Assembly (NCBI GenBank): GCA_030704615.1
Contig: CM060734.1
Location: forward strand, 41,416,001-41,480,000
Length of the DNA stretch: 64,000 nt
Direction of reading: 5' to 3'
Source of the DNA: Takakia lepidozioides
Taxonomy: Eukaryota > Plantae > Bryophyta
Every line of letters starts with the position of its first letter. Within the stretch, counting starts at the first letter, position 1. Below are positions 10,801 to 23,445 of the stretch, piece after piece. The notes under the pieces were generated by a model that was not told the DNA's origin, searched no databases, and saw only the letters and a program-made list of their open reading frames with translations. The translations under genes and the position numbers were made by a program.

Positions 10801-13093
10801 AAATGCTCCGGGCCCCAAGGAGTAGAGAATCGGCCGCAACACTTTGGGCAACTACTGAAGCTTTAGAGAAAGAGGGAGACTTGCGGCCCTCATTTTGCAA
10901 AGCAAGTATGTCCTTCTCTCTGTTGACAGACATGAAAGCTTGGTCCTCGGCTGAAATTAGCAGAGCACCCTGCAGAAGAAACAAAAGCATTAGTTGGACG
11001 TATGATCGGTCTATGGCTGGCAGTGTATTGAATAATTTCCAGGGGAGTTTGCTTGTTGGGAAAAAGCTGCCGACTGCAGTGAAAAACGCCCTCCTCTAGG
11101 ACCTCCAATCATCTGTTTCCGATGGCCCTGTCAGCAAAGTCGTTGTAATAGGTCCTTCCTGTGAGGCATGCCCTAACGGTGTCAGATCCTACTGTACAAA
11201 TCTTTCTCATCTCTTCCCTCTCTCTACTTTCAGCAACAATACACCCATCCATTGGCCCTCTGGTCTGTGCATACATCACTCTGAAGCATGTTAGGCATAT
11301 AAATTCCTTTTCTATAGCTGCAGGTGTACTACTTTCTCTCCTCTCTCCCTGGGCCTTTCAAAGTTCATGTACTTCTTTCATCTTTGGTCCCTCCTAAATG
11401 CATGGCAATTCCATCTATTTAATCTTGTCTTTCCCTGTGGATGTTGTTCTCTCCTGTCGACATTCTGAAGTCCCTTTCTTTCTGTGAGCTTTCCGTGGAC
11501 GTTATAAAGCACCATTTCATTTCATTTCTCTCCTCTCTGCCTGGGCCTTATGAAGTTCATTTAGTTTTTTCATCGTCTGTCCATCCTAAATGCATGGCAC
11601 GGAACTAATGTCAACCAAATATGGAGGGTACAGGAAAGGGGGTTCTCTTTTACTCTATGGAATGATGCGGGGAAGCAGACTGGTTATATCTAGCAGGAGC
11701 TATAGTAGAGGCAGATACCATTCAGGCTGCAATGTGGGTGCGATTTAGAGGAGTGATTTTGGCGGAATGATGTAGGGAGGCAGAGTGCTTATACCTCCAA
11801 GGAAAGCAGGGGCTATGGTAGAGGTAGATACCATTCAGGCTATAATGTGGGTGTGATTTAGGCCCAGTTTTCAAGTAGTTTTGCTTATTCTCATTCTTGT
11901 TCTTCAGCTTTTGAGCTTCATACAATGACCCAGAAATGTTCAGCAACCAAAGAATCACATCCAATCTGGTCTACCAGGCTAACCACCTACCAAAGTTCTC
12001 TCTTGTTTTACTCCCTCTCTCTCTAAATCACTTCGTGAGAGAGTAAAGAACAATTTTGGGTGGGGCAGGAATTCGGAGGAGCACCTTGGCAAGAGAAATG
12101 GTGTCATCATGTTTCTGAAAAGTAACCTCCTCAGAGAAGGCCTGCCTTGCCAGCAATATCACCTAAACATCCACGAGCCCAGAGCCAGAGCTGATTTAAT
12201 TTACCTTCTTTTTAAGTCCCACCACTGGACTAAGCCATGAAGCATAGATAAGGTCTCATGGTGTTACCAAAAATGCTCCTCTGGCAGAAACAAAGAGGAA
12301 GCAATGGCGACGACGTGGCTTTTTCTCTGAAAAATCATATTTTCCATGCTATGAGGCATTCATTCATGTGTCATCCTCAATGCTATTTGTCAATCACAGT
12401 CCAACAGGTCTCTACCTAATCATCTTGAATCACGAACAAGGACTACTCATTCTTAAATTAAAATATGATTCAAAGGCAATAAGCTGTGAATAGTACCTCA
12501 TTGTCGATATGTAGTGCAGTAGCACTGTTGCTCATGCTCACACTCAACCCACAGCAGAGTATTGCGCGTTGTGCTGCACACAGCTTCTGAGCTCTGAGCT
12601 TGCTCTTTGGCAAAGGCATACTCCCTTCAATGTGATGCCTGTAAAAAGAAACCACACATATTCATAAAGTTCCGGTGTGTGATCTCAACAAGGAATAATT
12701 GAAGAAGTAAATGAAAGTAATGCATTTGTGAAATTACCAAATAATCAGTAAAAGGAATCAAATCCCCAAACAGACCCAAGGATGTAGAACTTGCTTTCCA
12801 CAGCAAGTTTTCAAAATGTTGTAAGGTTTATGTGTTTCCAACTCTCATCTTGCAGATGTTGGCAATAGGAACTGCACACAAAGTATACATTCATACTAAC
12901 TATCTTCCTCAGTGACAATCACATAGTAACAGTGACAATGAAAGGACAAGTTGACAAACCCTGGATTATGAGAAGAACACGACAACCATGCTGGCCTCTG
13001 CAAATTTCTTTTCGATAGGTGTTTGGGAGAGAGGACAACAGGAGTTGAAGTTGCCTCCGCAAAGGCCTTTCCTGCAAGGCAGGTGGAGTCCAT
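7889..13093 (-). CDS. Transglutaminase-like/SirB1-type (Transglut_core2) plant protein, At4g19160-like; 9 exons
   Basis: GT-AG exons in consistent phase: 13093-12960, 12638-12497, 12162-12085, 10969-10597, 9793-9678, 9437-9240, 8945-8806, 8290-8198, 8051-7889. Motifs include ISLAKGALLISAEDQAF, SIVYMEVCKRL, SNRDILGI, LLRPEDLRLAVMASERLLILQPHNW and RYGEAVQELSICMALAP..QPFVERLHLLRL. The start codon is tentative. Confidence 0.88.
10196..10420 (-). mobile_element. 5'-truncated non-LTR retroposon with (CATTT)n tail, copy 1
   Basis: The minus strand ends gtcccataagctctttgagctttccgcggacgttataaagtaccatttcatttc, shared with three other loci. The 5' boundary is uncertain. Confidence 0.7.
11408..11524 (+). 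mobile_element. Short retroposon with (CATTT)n tail, copy 2, between 75-bp direct repeats
   Basis: Ends tgagctttccgtggacgttataaagcaccatttcatttca. It is flanked by 11333-11407 and 11525-11599, which are 64/75 identical by eye. Confidence 0.75.
11659..11862 (+). repeat. ~105-113-bp imperfect tandem duplication (intronic)
   Basis: ggaatgatg...gctat(a/g)gtagagg(c/t)agataccattcaggct..aatgtgggtg(c/t)gatttag occurs at 11659 and 11764. Confidence 0.8.
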
Positions 13094-14439
13094 TGCCAGT
13101 ACCTCTTGTGATCTTTGCTCCTGCCTATCTGGATCCAAGCAAAAACATGAGCAGGCTGTCATAATGGTTCTAATGGCAGCCGTCACCAAGGCACAGTCTT
13201 CAAAACAATTTGGCAATTAACACAATGCCATGAAAGAACGAGAAATACAGAAGAGAACAGATATCTCAGAATTAGTAGCTATTGGCCGGTAATGATGGCC
13301 AAAATTCACACTGCTAGAGAGAGAGAGAGAGAGAGAGAAACAGGGGTTCGAGCAAGGAAAGTACCGGGCAACTTTCAGCTCGGAAATTAATGGCACCGAT
13401 TCCTCCACATATCGTCTGAAGACAGTCTGAGAGAGAGATTACAGTGATGTCCCAGGATAACAACTCCAGAAAATCAGACGCATGGTGACATTTCGACGGT
13501 CAGTGACATCTGGAAGATTCGGAAAGACACTAGTACTTCAAGGAAAAATGGAGTTCAGATGTTAAACGAGGACTCCAACGCATTCAGACAAAGATCGATA
13601 GATGCGAGCAGTTTGAAGACACAGAGGCAAACCGAGAAGAAAGAAATGTTTGCATGGGAGATCGCCAAATAATCGCATCGAAACGAAACGGAGTTAGGAA
13701 ATTAAATGGCATCCACAGCCCCGAGACAACTAGGAAGACGAGTGAAGGTCGTAAGATGATAAGAGAAGCGCCAAAGGAAGCATGCAGAATACAGAACCGC
13801 ACAAACACGTCCGGAAAGATAAAGATCCAACTTTGGAATCAATCAGTCCAAGAGCATCCGACACACATTCCCCTTTGCTCAATTCAAACACCAACGCCCG
13901 GACAAAGAACGCGCGCGCTGCTGTGCATAACTTAGCTCGCGGCCCTCACCCGCCGCGAGGGGAGAGGGTACTTGTTGCGCAGGGCACGCGGCCCGCCCCG
14001 CCTGTACTGGCCCCGTGAATCGCCGCCGTTTGCCCGGCTCCAGGTAACGGCCACCCCCAATCATACCTTCATCCTCACGAGTCACATCCAGGTCAGCCCG
14101 CATTCATCCTTTCACACCAGCAACGACCGGACAAGACTAGCTCTCACACTAAATACGTGATTAGTGATCCACTAATTAATGAGGGTTGAGCTAACCGCGT
14201 AGCCGCCACCGCACCGACCGGCAATTACAAGTCAATAGTAGAGCGCCACGTACCCTTCCACTCTATTGCTCTTCAGCCAATCGTGTCGACGCTGCAATTC
14301 GTGACTGACTCGTGTCGGCGTCCATGCCTCCCTTCCAATTGAAAAACTTTATTAATTTTAAAATAATACTTTTGTGCGGGGCTTGCTGTCCACCACTTAA
14401 GTGACACGAGGCCAAACGAGGTGTGTGGATAAGTGGTCT

Positions 14440-14550
14440 GCTCTGGAATGGGCCCCTTTTGGCCCATGCTGGCGGGATGAGGCTACGCCATATATACAGC
14501 GCCTGACCCCACCAGAATGGGCTCCTCCCAAGCGTAATGGGCTTATGCAT
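14440..14550. promoter_or_regulatory. Cluster of site II-like (TGGGCY) motifs upstream of the At4g19160-like gene
   Basis: tgggcc, ggccca and two tgggct motifs lie within about 100 bp, next to a GC/CpG-rich region at 13890-14110. Confidence 0.35.
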
Positions 14551-14824
14551 GCAATCCTAGTGGAAGCTCCTGAGGACATTGCATGACAAAAGAGCCTCTA
14601 AAATAGAAAGGAATCAGGCCTTTCTGCCGACAGATGAACCTTTTTATTTTTCTGGTTTTCAGAGTGAGACCACATCTACAGGTATTCACACTTGGGGTTA
14701 GCATCAGTGGTAGTGCCCGTTTTAGCTACATCTGTTCAAACTTGGCGCTGGTTTATTGGGAAATAGCCTATGTGGCACCTGCTACTTACCGGCTACCGCT
14801 ACTAATAGTGTGCTGGTAGCTACG

Positions 14825-15335
14825 GTTAGAAATCGACTCTTGACCAAGTTACTACTACCTAGAGTTATTGTGACCTAGAGTTATTGTGATGACAAGTCAG
14901 GCTTCCATAATAGCAGACAAATCACAGTTAACAATAGAGATAAGCCTCACTTAGCTAGAAGATAGCTAAAGTTAGCTGACGCAAGTCATTGTACCAGAAT
15001 AGCAGGTAGATATAAATTAAGTAAAAGCACGGAGTTATGCTATAGTTATCTCAGCTATTTCTGGATTAGACTTTGAGTATAAATTGGGAGAGCTCGGAGG
15101 GTGGAGAGTTCTCAGTAATCAGTTCATCTTTTATTTCTATTCTCTGTCGAATTCCAAAATGGTATCAGAGCAAGGTTCTCTCTGAGAGACAGAATGAGAT
15201 GAGTATTTGATTTACAACCAATATGCTTGAGTACTTGGATTTAGATCTGAAAGCTTGAATGTTTGGAGTTGAGTGCTTGGTGTCAGATCTGAAAGCTTAA
15301 GTGTTTGGAGTTAGATCTGAAAGTTTGAGGATGTT
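14825..15335 (+). mobile_element. LTR retrotransposon remnant: LTR, tRNA-iMet PBS and repeat-rich leader
   Basis: TATA-like gtataaat at about 15077. The LTR-like end ..gaattcca (15156) is followed by the PBS TGGTATCAGAGC at 15160-15171, then repeated agatctgaaag units at 15240-15330. The LTR start is approximate. Confidence 0.7.
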
Positions 15336-15559
15336 TTATAGTTGGCAAAACATCAAACTAGTATCATGGCACCTTCTGCTGATAATTACCCGAGTGGAGA
15401 GTGAGATGGTCACTTATATGCACGTGACTGCTTCAAAGAAAAAGCTAGACGAGAGAAAAAAAAAAAAAAAAAAAAAAAAATCAAAATGAGGTTTCAGCAT
15501 TAGCTGAAGGACTGAACGTCTTGTTGTATCTTTGTCAATCTCTACGAACTGCAGAGATA

Positions 15560-15975
15560 TATGGTTCATGGGAACAAAGAACTCTCTGTGGGACACAAGG
15601 TGTATTTTTGCATCATTTTTTGAACAAGAGAGTAGGAGCTGTGCACGAGATCGGAATCCAAATTTCCTGCCCTGTGCAATTGTAGGAGCATCAAAGAGAT
15701 CCTTAAACTAGACTATGGTCTTGTGAAGCCAATTCTATTCCGTTGTTCTGGATAAAAGCCAATATGGTAGAGAGAATGCCACCATGAAACGAGATAGTAC
15801 GGGTTCCTCCTTGCTGATTTCAGAAAAATGAAAAGATGAAGAGCCATTCATCTTCCCATCGCAAGTTGAGCAAGTTTTCTTTTCAGATGACACCCATGCG
15901 CCAGGATGGAAGGTGGTTCTTCACAAGGACCCCCGGGCCAAACGAATCGTGGCCGACGTCCATGATTTGGACCTA
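15560..15975 (+). mobile_element. CACTA/En-Spm transposase C-terminal (DUF4216-like) fragment
   Basis: Degenerate reading IKEILKLDYGLVKPILFRCS..ATMKRD..EEPFIFPSQVEQVFFSDDTHAPGWKVVLHKDPR. Confidence 0.7.
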
Positions 15976-17219
15976 GGGGAGAATGCCGACCACGAGGGTC
16001 TGAGGGAACCACAAAATCTACCAGATACGGCCGAACCAGTCTCTTTGGAAGAGCAATTACCTTTAATGAGGAAGACATTCCAGGATTGGTAATTACCGCA
16101 AGGCAAATTGCAGATGTGGGCAGTGAAGGGGAAGATTCTTTGGATACGGATAGTGAGCCCAGCTGAATCTCAGTGTCCATTAAGCCGGCAGCTCGTAGAC
16201 GAGAGTTGTGCTAAGGACTCTTACTGTCCTTAGAACCCATTTTGTACAGTCCTACAAGCGCGCAAGGGCGAGACAGTTAATAGTATCGATAATGTCCCGG
16301 AATGTGGTCCGTACTGTCTTGTGAACAAACCTATATTTACAGTATGATTGTAGTTGTAAAACAGTTGGTCCTTTTGACGTCTTTGCGATCTTCTTCTGTG
16401 ACGCCTTCTTCATAACTTGAGAAATGGAAAAGCAGCTACACCTCAAATTATTGCAAGGCCACTCAATGGCACTAAGAACGTTTCGAGCATGCTGTCAGAA
16501 AACTAGACGGGCAAAAACCCAATTCAGCAGCCTCACCTTGCGTGGATACTTGGGAATTGATACCAGAAGGGCATGCCCGTATGCGCGCTCCATCGTGCCT
16601 CCATCCAGCACATTCTATAAATGTTGAATGACCAAGATCCCGATGTTACACCCTTCTGAGAAGCCACTACGCGCGCTCACAGCATACGAAGGCCTTGCCG
16701 TGTCAGGATTCGCATTCCCACGTCCCGCCATGTCCGACGAAGCACTTGCATCCCTGTCTCTGCCAGGTGGAGGCAGCACGTATTAAAATATCTATTCCCC
16801 CAAGGCCACATTTGGTTTACCTCTTTTTGTGAAAGCCACGTCAGCAAATGTGATGCCGAATCATGGGTGCAATGAATGTGCAGTGGTTCATGGAGTCGTT
16901 GAGTCGACTACATATTCACTTTAATGAATAAATATTTTTATTCCATTAATCGAATTAGGAAAAGAAATTTGTAGTCGCATGTGCAATAATTACAACCACT
17001 TGTAATTTTGGCTTTTTCCAATTTTATGTATTTACGCAATTCGTAAAATAGCCCGGAATTCTGCTACAACTCCGGAGTCGTTGACCCCACTTCTGTCCGC
17101 CGTTTGAAATGCCCCCGTGGGCCCACATTGTCTGTTTCGACTCTCCAGTAGTCCCGTTTACTACCAAGTGGTTCCCGGAGTGGTCGCGGACATGCAGTCG
17201 ATTCGGAAAAGACACGAAT

Positions 17220-20200
17220 GCTTCTAGTGGTAGGCAGGCTTGTGGGTGCAGGGATGATAATGAGTATAGGCCATTGTATTTAGATGCAAGGTATTTGAGA
17301 AGTCCATGATAAATGATACCTAGACGCCCAGGATCGTTAAGTGCTTCTTTTAATTGGGTGCCTAATGTGCGAGCATATGAGATGATTAATGGGCTCAAAT
17401 CAATGCCGTAGTGATCCGTAGGTAGTTGTGTGAGGGCATTGGGGGTGCTAGTTGGTAGACCACATACACGTTTTATTAGCTAGATAATACTTTTATCAAG
17501 TTTTTTGATGTCTGATACGGAGAAGAGTGCGGCGTGGAACGAGTATTGAATTTGTGTTTGTAGTACTGATTGAATGATTGATAGTTTTGGTCGAATGACA
17601 ATTGGGGATTTGAGCAGAGCAATACTTTTGGTAGTGAGTTTGGATGATGTAGATTCTTTTTGGATATGCCAAGTAAAGGAGGGAACGAGTTGTATGCCTA
17701 AGTAAGTGTATGGCTCGTCTAGTCCTAGGAAGGGGAAGGGTGTATTTTGGTAGTGTACATAGAGTTTACAATGTGAAGCCATGGCAGTTTTGGTAAGACG
17801 ACTATGACGTGTGGCGGCTGTAATGGCGCACTTGTGTAAACTGAGTTCCATGCCTGACCATAGGTTGAATCTGAGTAGTTTATTAACTTGTCGGTTGAGG
17901 TGTTGTGGTTTATGTGCCAGGATGGCTAGGTCGTTTGCATATGCTGCAACTGAGATGTCACTTGAGGAGGTTTTGTAGTGATAGCCAAGCTTGCCTCGAG
18001 CTAGCCATCGAAGTAGGGGTTCTAGGAAGATAATGAATAGGTAGGGGCTTAAGGTGTCACACTGGATAGTTCCACGAAGGATGGGGATAGGCGGGGTGGA
18101 GTCATAGTATGTGTCAAAGTATTCAGTAGTGCTGTTTGTGTAGATGTTTCCTATTAGTTGGACGGCATCGGTGGGGTACCCAAGATCAAGCATGATAGCA
18201 AGTAATCTGGCATGGTCTAGGGAGCCGAAGGCATTTTTAAAAATCGATATATAGAAGATAGATGTCTTGCTTTGTAAGTTTAGCATCTTCAAGTGCGGAG
18301 AGAACATATTGTATTTGTCGTGTGTACTACGTGTAGCTCGGAATCCTTCTTGGGGGTCACTGAGAATTTGGTGTTGCTCGCCATATCTTGATAGCATTGT
18401 GGTGAGCGTACTGGTAAATAGCTTGTATATGGTGTTGGCCAGTGCTATGGGTCTGTAATTACTGAGATCTGTAGGATCACCTTTTTTGAAGAGTAGAATG
18501 GTCCGGCTGTGTTTCTAGGAGTATGGGATTCGTTTTAGTTTGTAACAGAGTTGAAAGAATTTAAAAAGGAGGTAGTGAAGTTGAGGGTTTAATGCTTGAA
18601 GTATAGCATTGGGTATAAGATTGGGGCCCGGGGCTTTAGATTTTGATAGTTTTTTTAGACATGATTCGTAAAGATCAATTGTGAATAGGTCTATGATGCG
18701 ATCCGTTGGGGATCCTCTATTGTCAATCGAGAAGCCATCTATATCATGCCACGGATAGTGTTTAGCTTTACACATGCAATTGGCAGAGTGGAGACAGGGA
18801 TGTAAGCAGTTTGGAACTGCAGGTGTGTATGTTGAGGATGCTTGTGACCATATTTCTTGGTTGATGTCCGCTGGATTGGTTAGCAAGTGGCCGTGTCTGT
18901 GTTTGAGACAGTCAATGGGTGGGTTGAGGGCAGGGTTAAAGATGGCTTTGTGAGCTTTTTTGGGGTGGTCGCGTAGCAATTGGTTAAAAGAGGAGACAAA
19001 TTTTTTGTGATTGTCGACGGCTTTTTGTTTGGTAATATTGTAAGCGGTTTTTTTGGCATCTGTGCCAACTTTGGAGAGCTGTCCATTTTGGAATATCTTG
19101 AAGATTGGCAGGTGGTGGGATGAGTACTTGACACGTTGTTAAGGTATTTAGGCAAGTAATTCGTCCGATGTCCAGTTGTTCCCCTGGTGAATGGGGGTAG
19201 TGGTGGGTATAATAGCGACGTAATGGTTAATGTGCCATATACGTTTTTGAGTACGGGTAAGGTAGCCACCATTTTGTTTTGAGCGTGCAGTTTGTGGGAT
19301 TCAGGGGGGGCAGAGCAGGTGGCAATCACCTTTTGTCATTTCTTGCATTGAAGTTGTGAGTATGGTCTCGGCGTCATTCCATGCTTTGTCAGGGGACTGC
19401 GTGGAGTTTGCTTCGGAGAGTATATTGGAGAGTCTTAGCATGAGGTGTAAGGATGTTGGGGAAGTGTTTTAGAAAAGGCGATTATGTTATTGTGGGGAAG
19501 TGGGGATAAGATTCTAGATTGCGGCGGTGGAACATGTATGGGTGGGATAGGTCGAAAAGGGGATGATGGATGCTGGATGGTGACTGAGACGGGATAATGG
19601 TCTGAGTTGCATAAACTATTAATGTGTACATGACTATTGAGGTATGAGGGGATGTCATTTTGTGTCTTGAAGTAGAAACCATCAAGAAGACTGAGGGATA
19701 AGTAGTTAGGTCCACCTTGCCTGGAGTAATGGTGATTGGCCGGTATATAACGGAGGTGGTGTGAGTGAGTGAATTTTGCCCATTCATGGTCAATGGGGGA
19801 TGGAGGTTTGTGAACACCATTGTATGTGTGGCCCATGAGGGCAATGTCCATGTTGAAATCGTCTGCTAGGATGTAGTGTTGGGATTGGTTGGAGGGTTGT
19901 GTGAGTGTATTAGAGATGGTGAGTAGGATATCATTGATCAGGGGGAGATCTTCGGCATGTGAGGGCATGTACAAGTGGATAAGAATAATGGGAAGGATAG
20001 CGGGGAGGTGTAGCTTGATGATTTGAAGGTGTGATCGGAGGGAGAGAGCAACAGGTATTTTGACCGTGGTGCTAGGGGAGTGATGTGTGCGAAGGATACC
20101 AAAAGCCACTCCACCCCGAGTGGGATGATATGGCGCGGAGCGTCTAAGTAGACATTGTGCGGATGTGAAGGAACTGCCATATAGCAAATAGTAGGCTGGA

Positions 20201-21760
20201 AGGAGATTGTTGATGTAGGAGCTGTTAGGGCCGTGTGTGTTGAGTTTAGTTTCGTGTAGTAGAATGATATGCGGAGGTGTAGAGTCCATTAGATGGATAA
20301 GGCTTTGAATGCTGGTAGCAAGTGACCCTACATTCCAGGTGAGTATGTTGAGTGCGTGTGCTTGCTGGGAGGAGGGGGTGTGTGGGGGACTGTTGGGCTG
20401 GGGGGGTTGGAGGTGGGTCATTGGTGTGGCTGGGCAAGCAAGGTGTGATGACTGGTGGCGGTATCATGGGAGGGAGTTGATATCCAGGGATGTCTGTCTT
20501 GGCATGGAGGGTTGCAGTGAGAATATTTTTGGAAATGAATGGGAATTTGTTGGTGAGAGCATCTAGCTCGTGTAAGGTAGCAGCTGGGTGCGCTAGGTGT
20601 TCGCCAAGAATCTTGTGAACTACTCCGAGTTTGGCTTGTAGTAGGTCAAGGGATTTGTGGAGATTGTGTAGGTAGTGTGGGGGTGCTAGGTATCTGTGAG
20701 GTAGTGTGGGTAGCTCATGCAGTTGGTGTAGTAACAAACGTATGTGTATGTCTGGTTGGGTTCTAAAGTAATCATTGCATATTGAGGGGATTGGAGAGAT
20801 GACAACGATTATGGAGAGATGACAACGATTAGTGAGAGTAGTAGGTGTTGTAGGGAGTATGTGCTAAGTTTATGGGTGGCAGTGACTAGGGATGGGTGTT
20901 CGCAGGTAGGGAGCCCAAAGGTGGCAATTGAGTGCGTGGATTTACAGTTATTGGTAGGAGGGTTAGGGAGAAAGGGAGAGAAGTGGAAACTAAGGTGTTG
21001 ATATGCAGGCACGAGCGTGACAGTGTTTGTTTGGAAGTATAATTCATATCTATCTTTATGATCCTTTGGAAGCTTGTTGATGATGCTAGTGATGGTATAG
21101 GGGCCAGGGTTTGGGTGAATGTCGCCGCAGCAAAATAGTGTAAGCATTTCATAGGCAAGTAGACAGGACTGAAAGTGGGATGGTGGATGGTGATAGGAGT
21201 GTTTGGATGCAAGGGGTCTCTGGTGATATCGTCCATGTGGGCAGTGGGTTATAAGTTGGATTTTGAGGGGGTGAGGGGTGGGGGTGCGTGGGGGGTAGTT
21301 GTGGAGAAAGTGTATGAGGGGGGTAGAGTTGGTGTTAGCAAAGTGGGTACTAGTGGAGCTAGTTGCTTGTGTGTGTGTGGGGGAAGGTATTGCCTGTGGG
21401 TTAGTGTGTGGGTTCGTCTGGGGGTCATGGAGGAGGTTTGTTGTACATGAGCTCTCATGATGGGGATAAAAATTTAATATGGGTGTATGGTGGATAGAGA
21501 GTATATAATTAGCTAGAGTGGGGGAAAGAGGATAAGTGGACGACATCCATGGATGAATGAGTTTGGTGGGCCTTGATATAGATAGTGGGATAGAGGTACA
21601 GTGTGGAGTGGTGGCAGGGTTGGGTGATGGTAAATGGATCTGGATTGTGGTAGATGCTTGGTAGTTGAGAGGGTGGGAAGTTTGAGGAGAAATGGCTGTC
21701 AGGAATAGGATGCTAGAGGGGGTGATGAAGAGACCGTGTGATTGATTTGATATCACAAGA
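17220..21760 (-). mobile_element. Degenerate LINE (APE + RT), Dualen/RandI-like, 3'-truncated
   Basis: APE: LNILTWNVGSL, IILLHETKL, GGVAF, ILADDFN, SDHYPV (19435-20421). RT: KAPGPNLIPN, NYRPIALANTIYKL, QEGFR, FKNAFGSLDHARLLAIMLDLGYPTDAVQLIGNIY, RGTIQCDTLSPYLFIIFLEPLLRWL, AYANDL (from YADD), YTYLGI. The coding strand is strongly C/A-rich. Confidence 0.9.
21100..21180 (-). other. 2A-like (StopGo) motif SCLLAYEMLTLFCCGDIHPNPGP
   Basis: GDIHPNPGP is encoded at 21126-21100 in ORF 20809..21756, about 750 nt upstream of the APE domain. Confidence 0.7.
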
Positions 21761-22446
21761 GAAACAATTACTCCACGTTGTTGCCTTCCACTGTCTCAAG
21801 TAATCCTCCAGAGTATCTTCGGGCAAGGTCATCGTCATCTTGTATGAGGTAGGGGGCTGAAAATGTGAGGGTGTAGATATGGCAGATATATGACACCTAA
21901 GGGGGCGTTTTGTGACGAGATGAAGAAGCTTGTTGGGGGTGCTTATTTGGGAAAAAATATAGTACAAGATGAGTCCCAAGTTGTGGAGGATGAGAGATGG
22001 ATATTTGTGAGTGAAGCCAGTAAGGGTATAGCATTGTGATATGATGAGAGGCCAAGACTTTGCTGTGGCATATTGAAAAAATAAATGTGAGCAGAGGGGG
22101 TGCTCAGGAATTACAACATAAGGTAGTGATAATAGCAGCTCAATATCTAACAAGCCTATGATCTGATAGGTGGTCGGTGCAGCAAAATTGAGCCGCGGTG
22201 CTTTGCAGTAGGTTGGCGCATGTGAGGGAGCGCAGTGAATCGGGGAAGTACACGAGCAAGGTGGTAGGCAGGGACTCCAATCGGCAGAGTCGAAGGGGGG
22301 CTAGCAGCTTGCAGCAGAAATTGATTGTTGGCGGGATTTGTGATCCACATGCGGGCTGCAGTACAGACATCCTTACAATGCACCAGAAATTAGGGTAGAT
22401 GGCAGTGTTGTAGTTTTCTCTCAGGCGAAGGGAAAGGGAGCCAGTA

Positions 22447-22980
22447 GTCGACAAGATAATGGCAGCATTGAGCGTGTAAGTTCGTGGGACATAGAGATGT
22501 TGAGTGTGAGATTTCATGGGACCAGTATTAAGTACAGACAACAACAGTTGACATCTATAGTTAGAGGCAGTGTAAGGAGCAACCGGAGCATGTAAGGTCA
22601 CTTCCGTGGATGGCATGTCTTGTGGTGTTGGTGTAGGCTGGGGAGTTGTAGGCATATTGGTGATTGTTGGCGGATATTTGCAGCACTTGGTGGTGGACTG
22701 CACAGACGCATAAACAACAATAGTTGTCGTATCAGATGTCGACAGGATAATGGCAGCATTGGAGGTATAGGCTCCTGGAACATAGAAATGTGGAGTTTGA
22801 GATTTCATGTTACAAGTACCAAGCACATACAGTGGCATTCGACAGTAGGAGTGGGTGGTAAAGTTGGCAGCACACAGAGCGTGTAAGATGACTTCCCTGG
22901 ATGGTCTGACTTGCGGTGTTGGTGCATGATGGAGAGTTACATGTAAGTAGTCACGTGTTGGCTGATATATCTAGCACATA
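22447..22980. repeat. ~291-bp imperfect tandem repeat
   Basis: gtcgaca(a/g)gataatggcagcattg..gagatttcatg occurs at 22447 and 22738, and tgtaag..acttcc.tggatgg at about 22591 and 22882. It translates as repeated MKS..HxYVPxxYTxNAAIILST. Confidence 0.8.
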
Positions 22981-23445
22981 GGGGCATAAATGGCCGGCAC
23001 TGTGATCAGGGCAAATACCCTCCCACTTCTCCAAACTACCTCTCCCAGTCCGGATCAATGGCATATTTGATCTTTATGTTGCTGCTGCATTGCTTGAATC
23101 CTTGCTCTCATTATAGACAAAGGCCAATCAGTGCAGGCCCCGGCCTTCTTCAGTAAGCTGGGCCACCTTTTCGCAGCCTTGGGTTTAGGTAGGTCTTGAC
23201 AAATGCTGGAGATGGTGTCTCAAATGTGGAGGCAGATTTGTGATGACACAAACCCCGCTCATATCACAGTCTTTTGCACTATCATGGCATGCGACCATGA
23301 CCTGTCCAGGTTCATTTTGCCAGGAGCCTACCTCAGCAAGAATGTGCTCATACAAGACTGGGCGAGTCATATCCCAGTAAGGGCTTGTATGGCTGCGTAA
23401 TGTGGCTGGCTGTTCATAATCCTGGCTATGTGCATTTAAAAGGCC

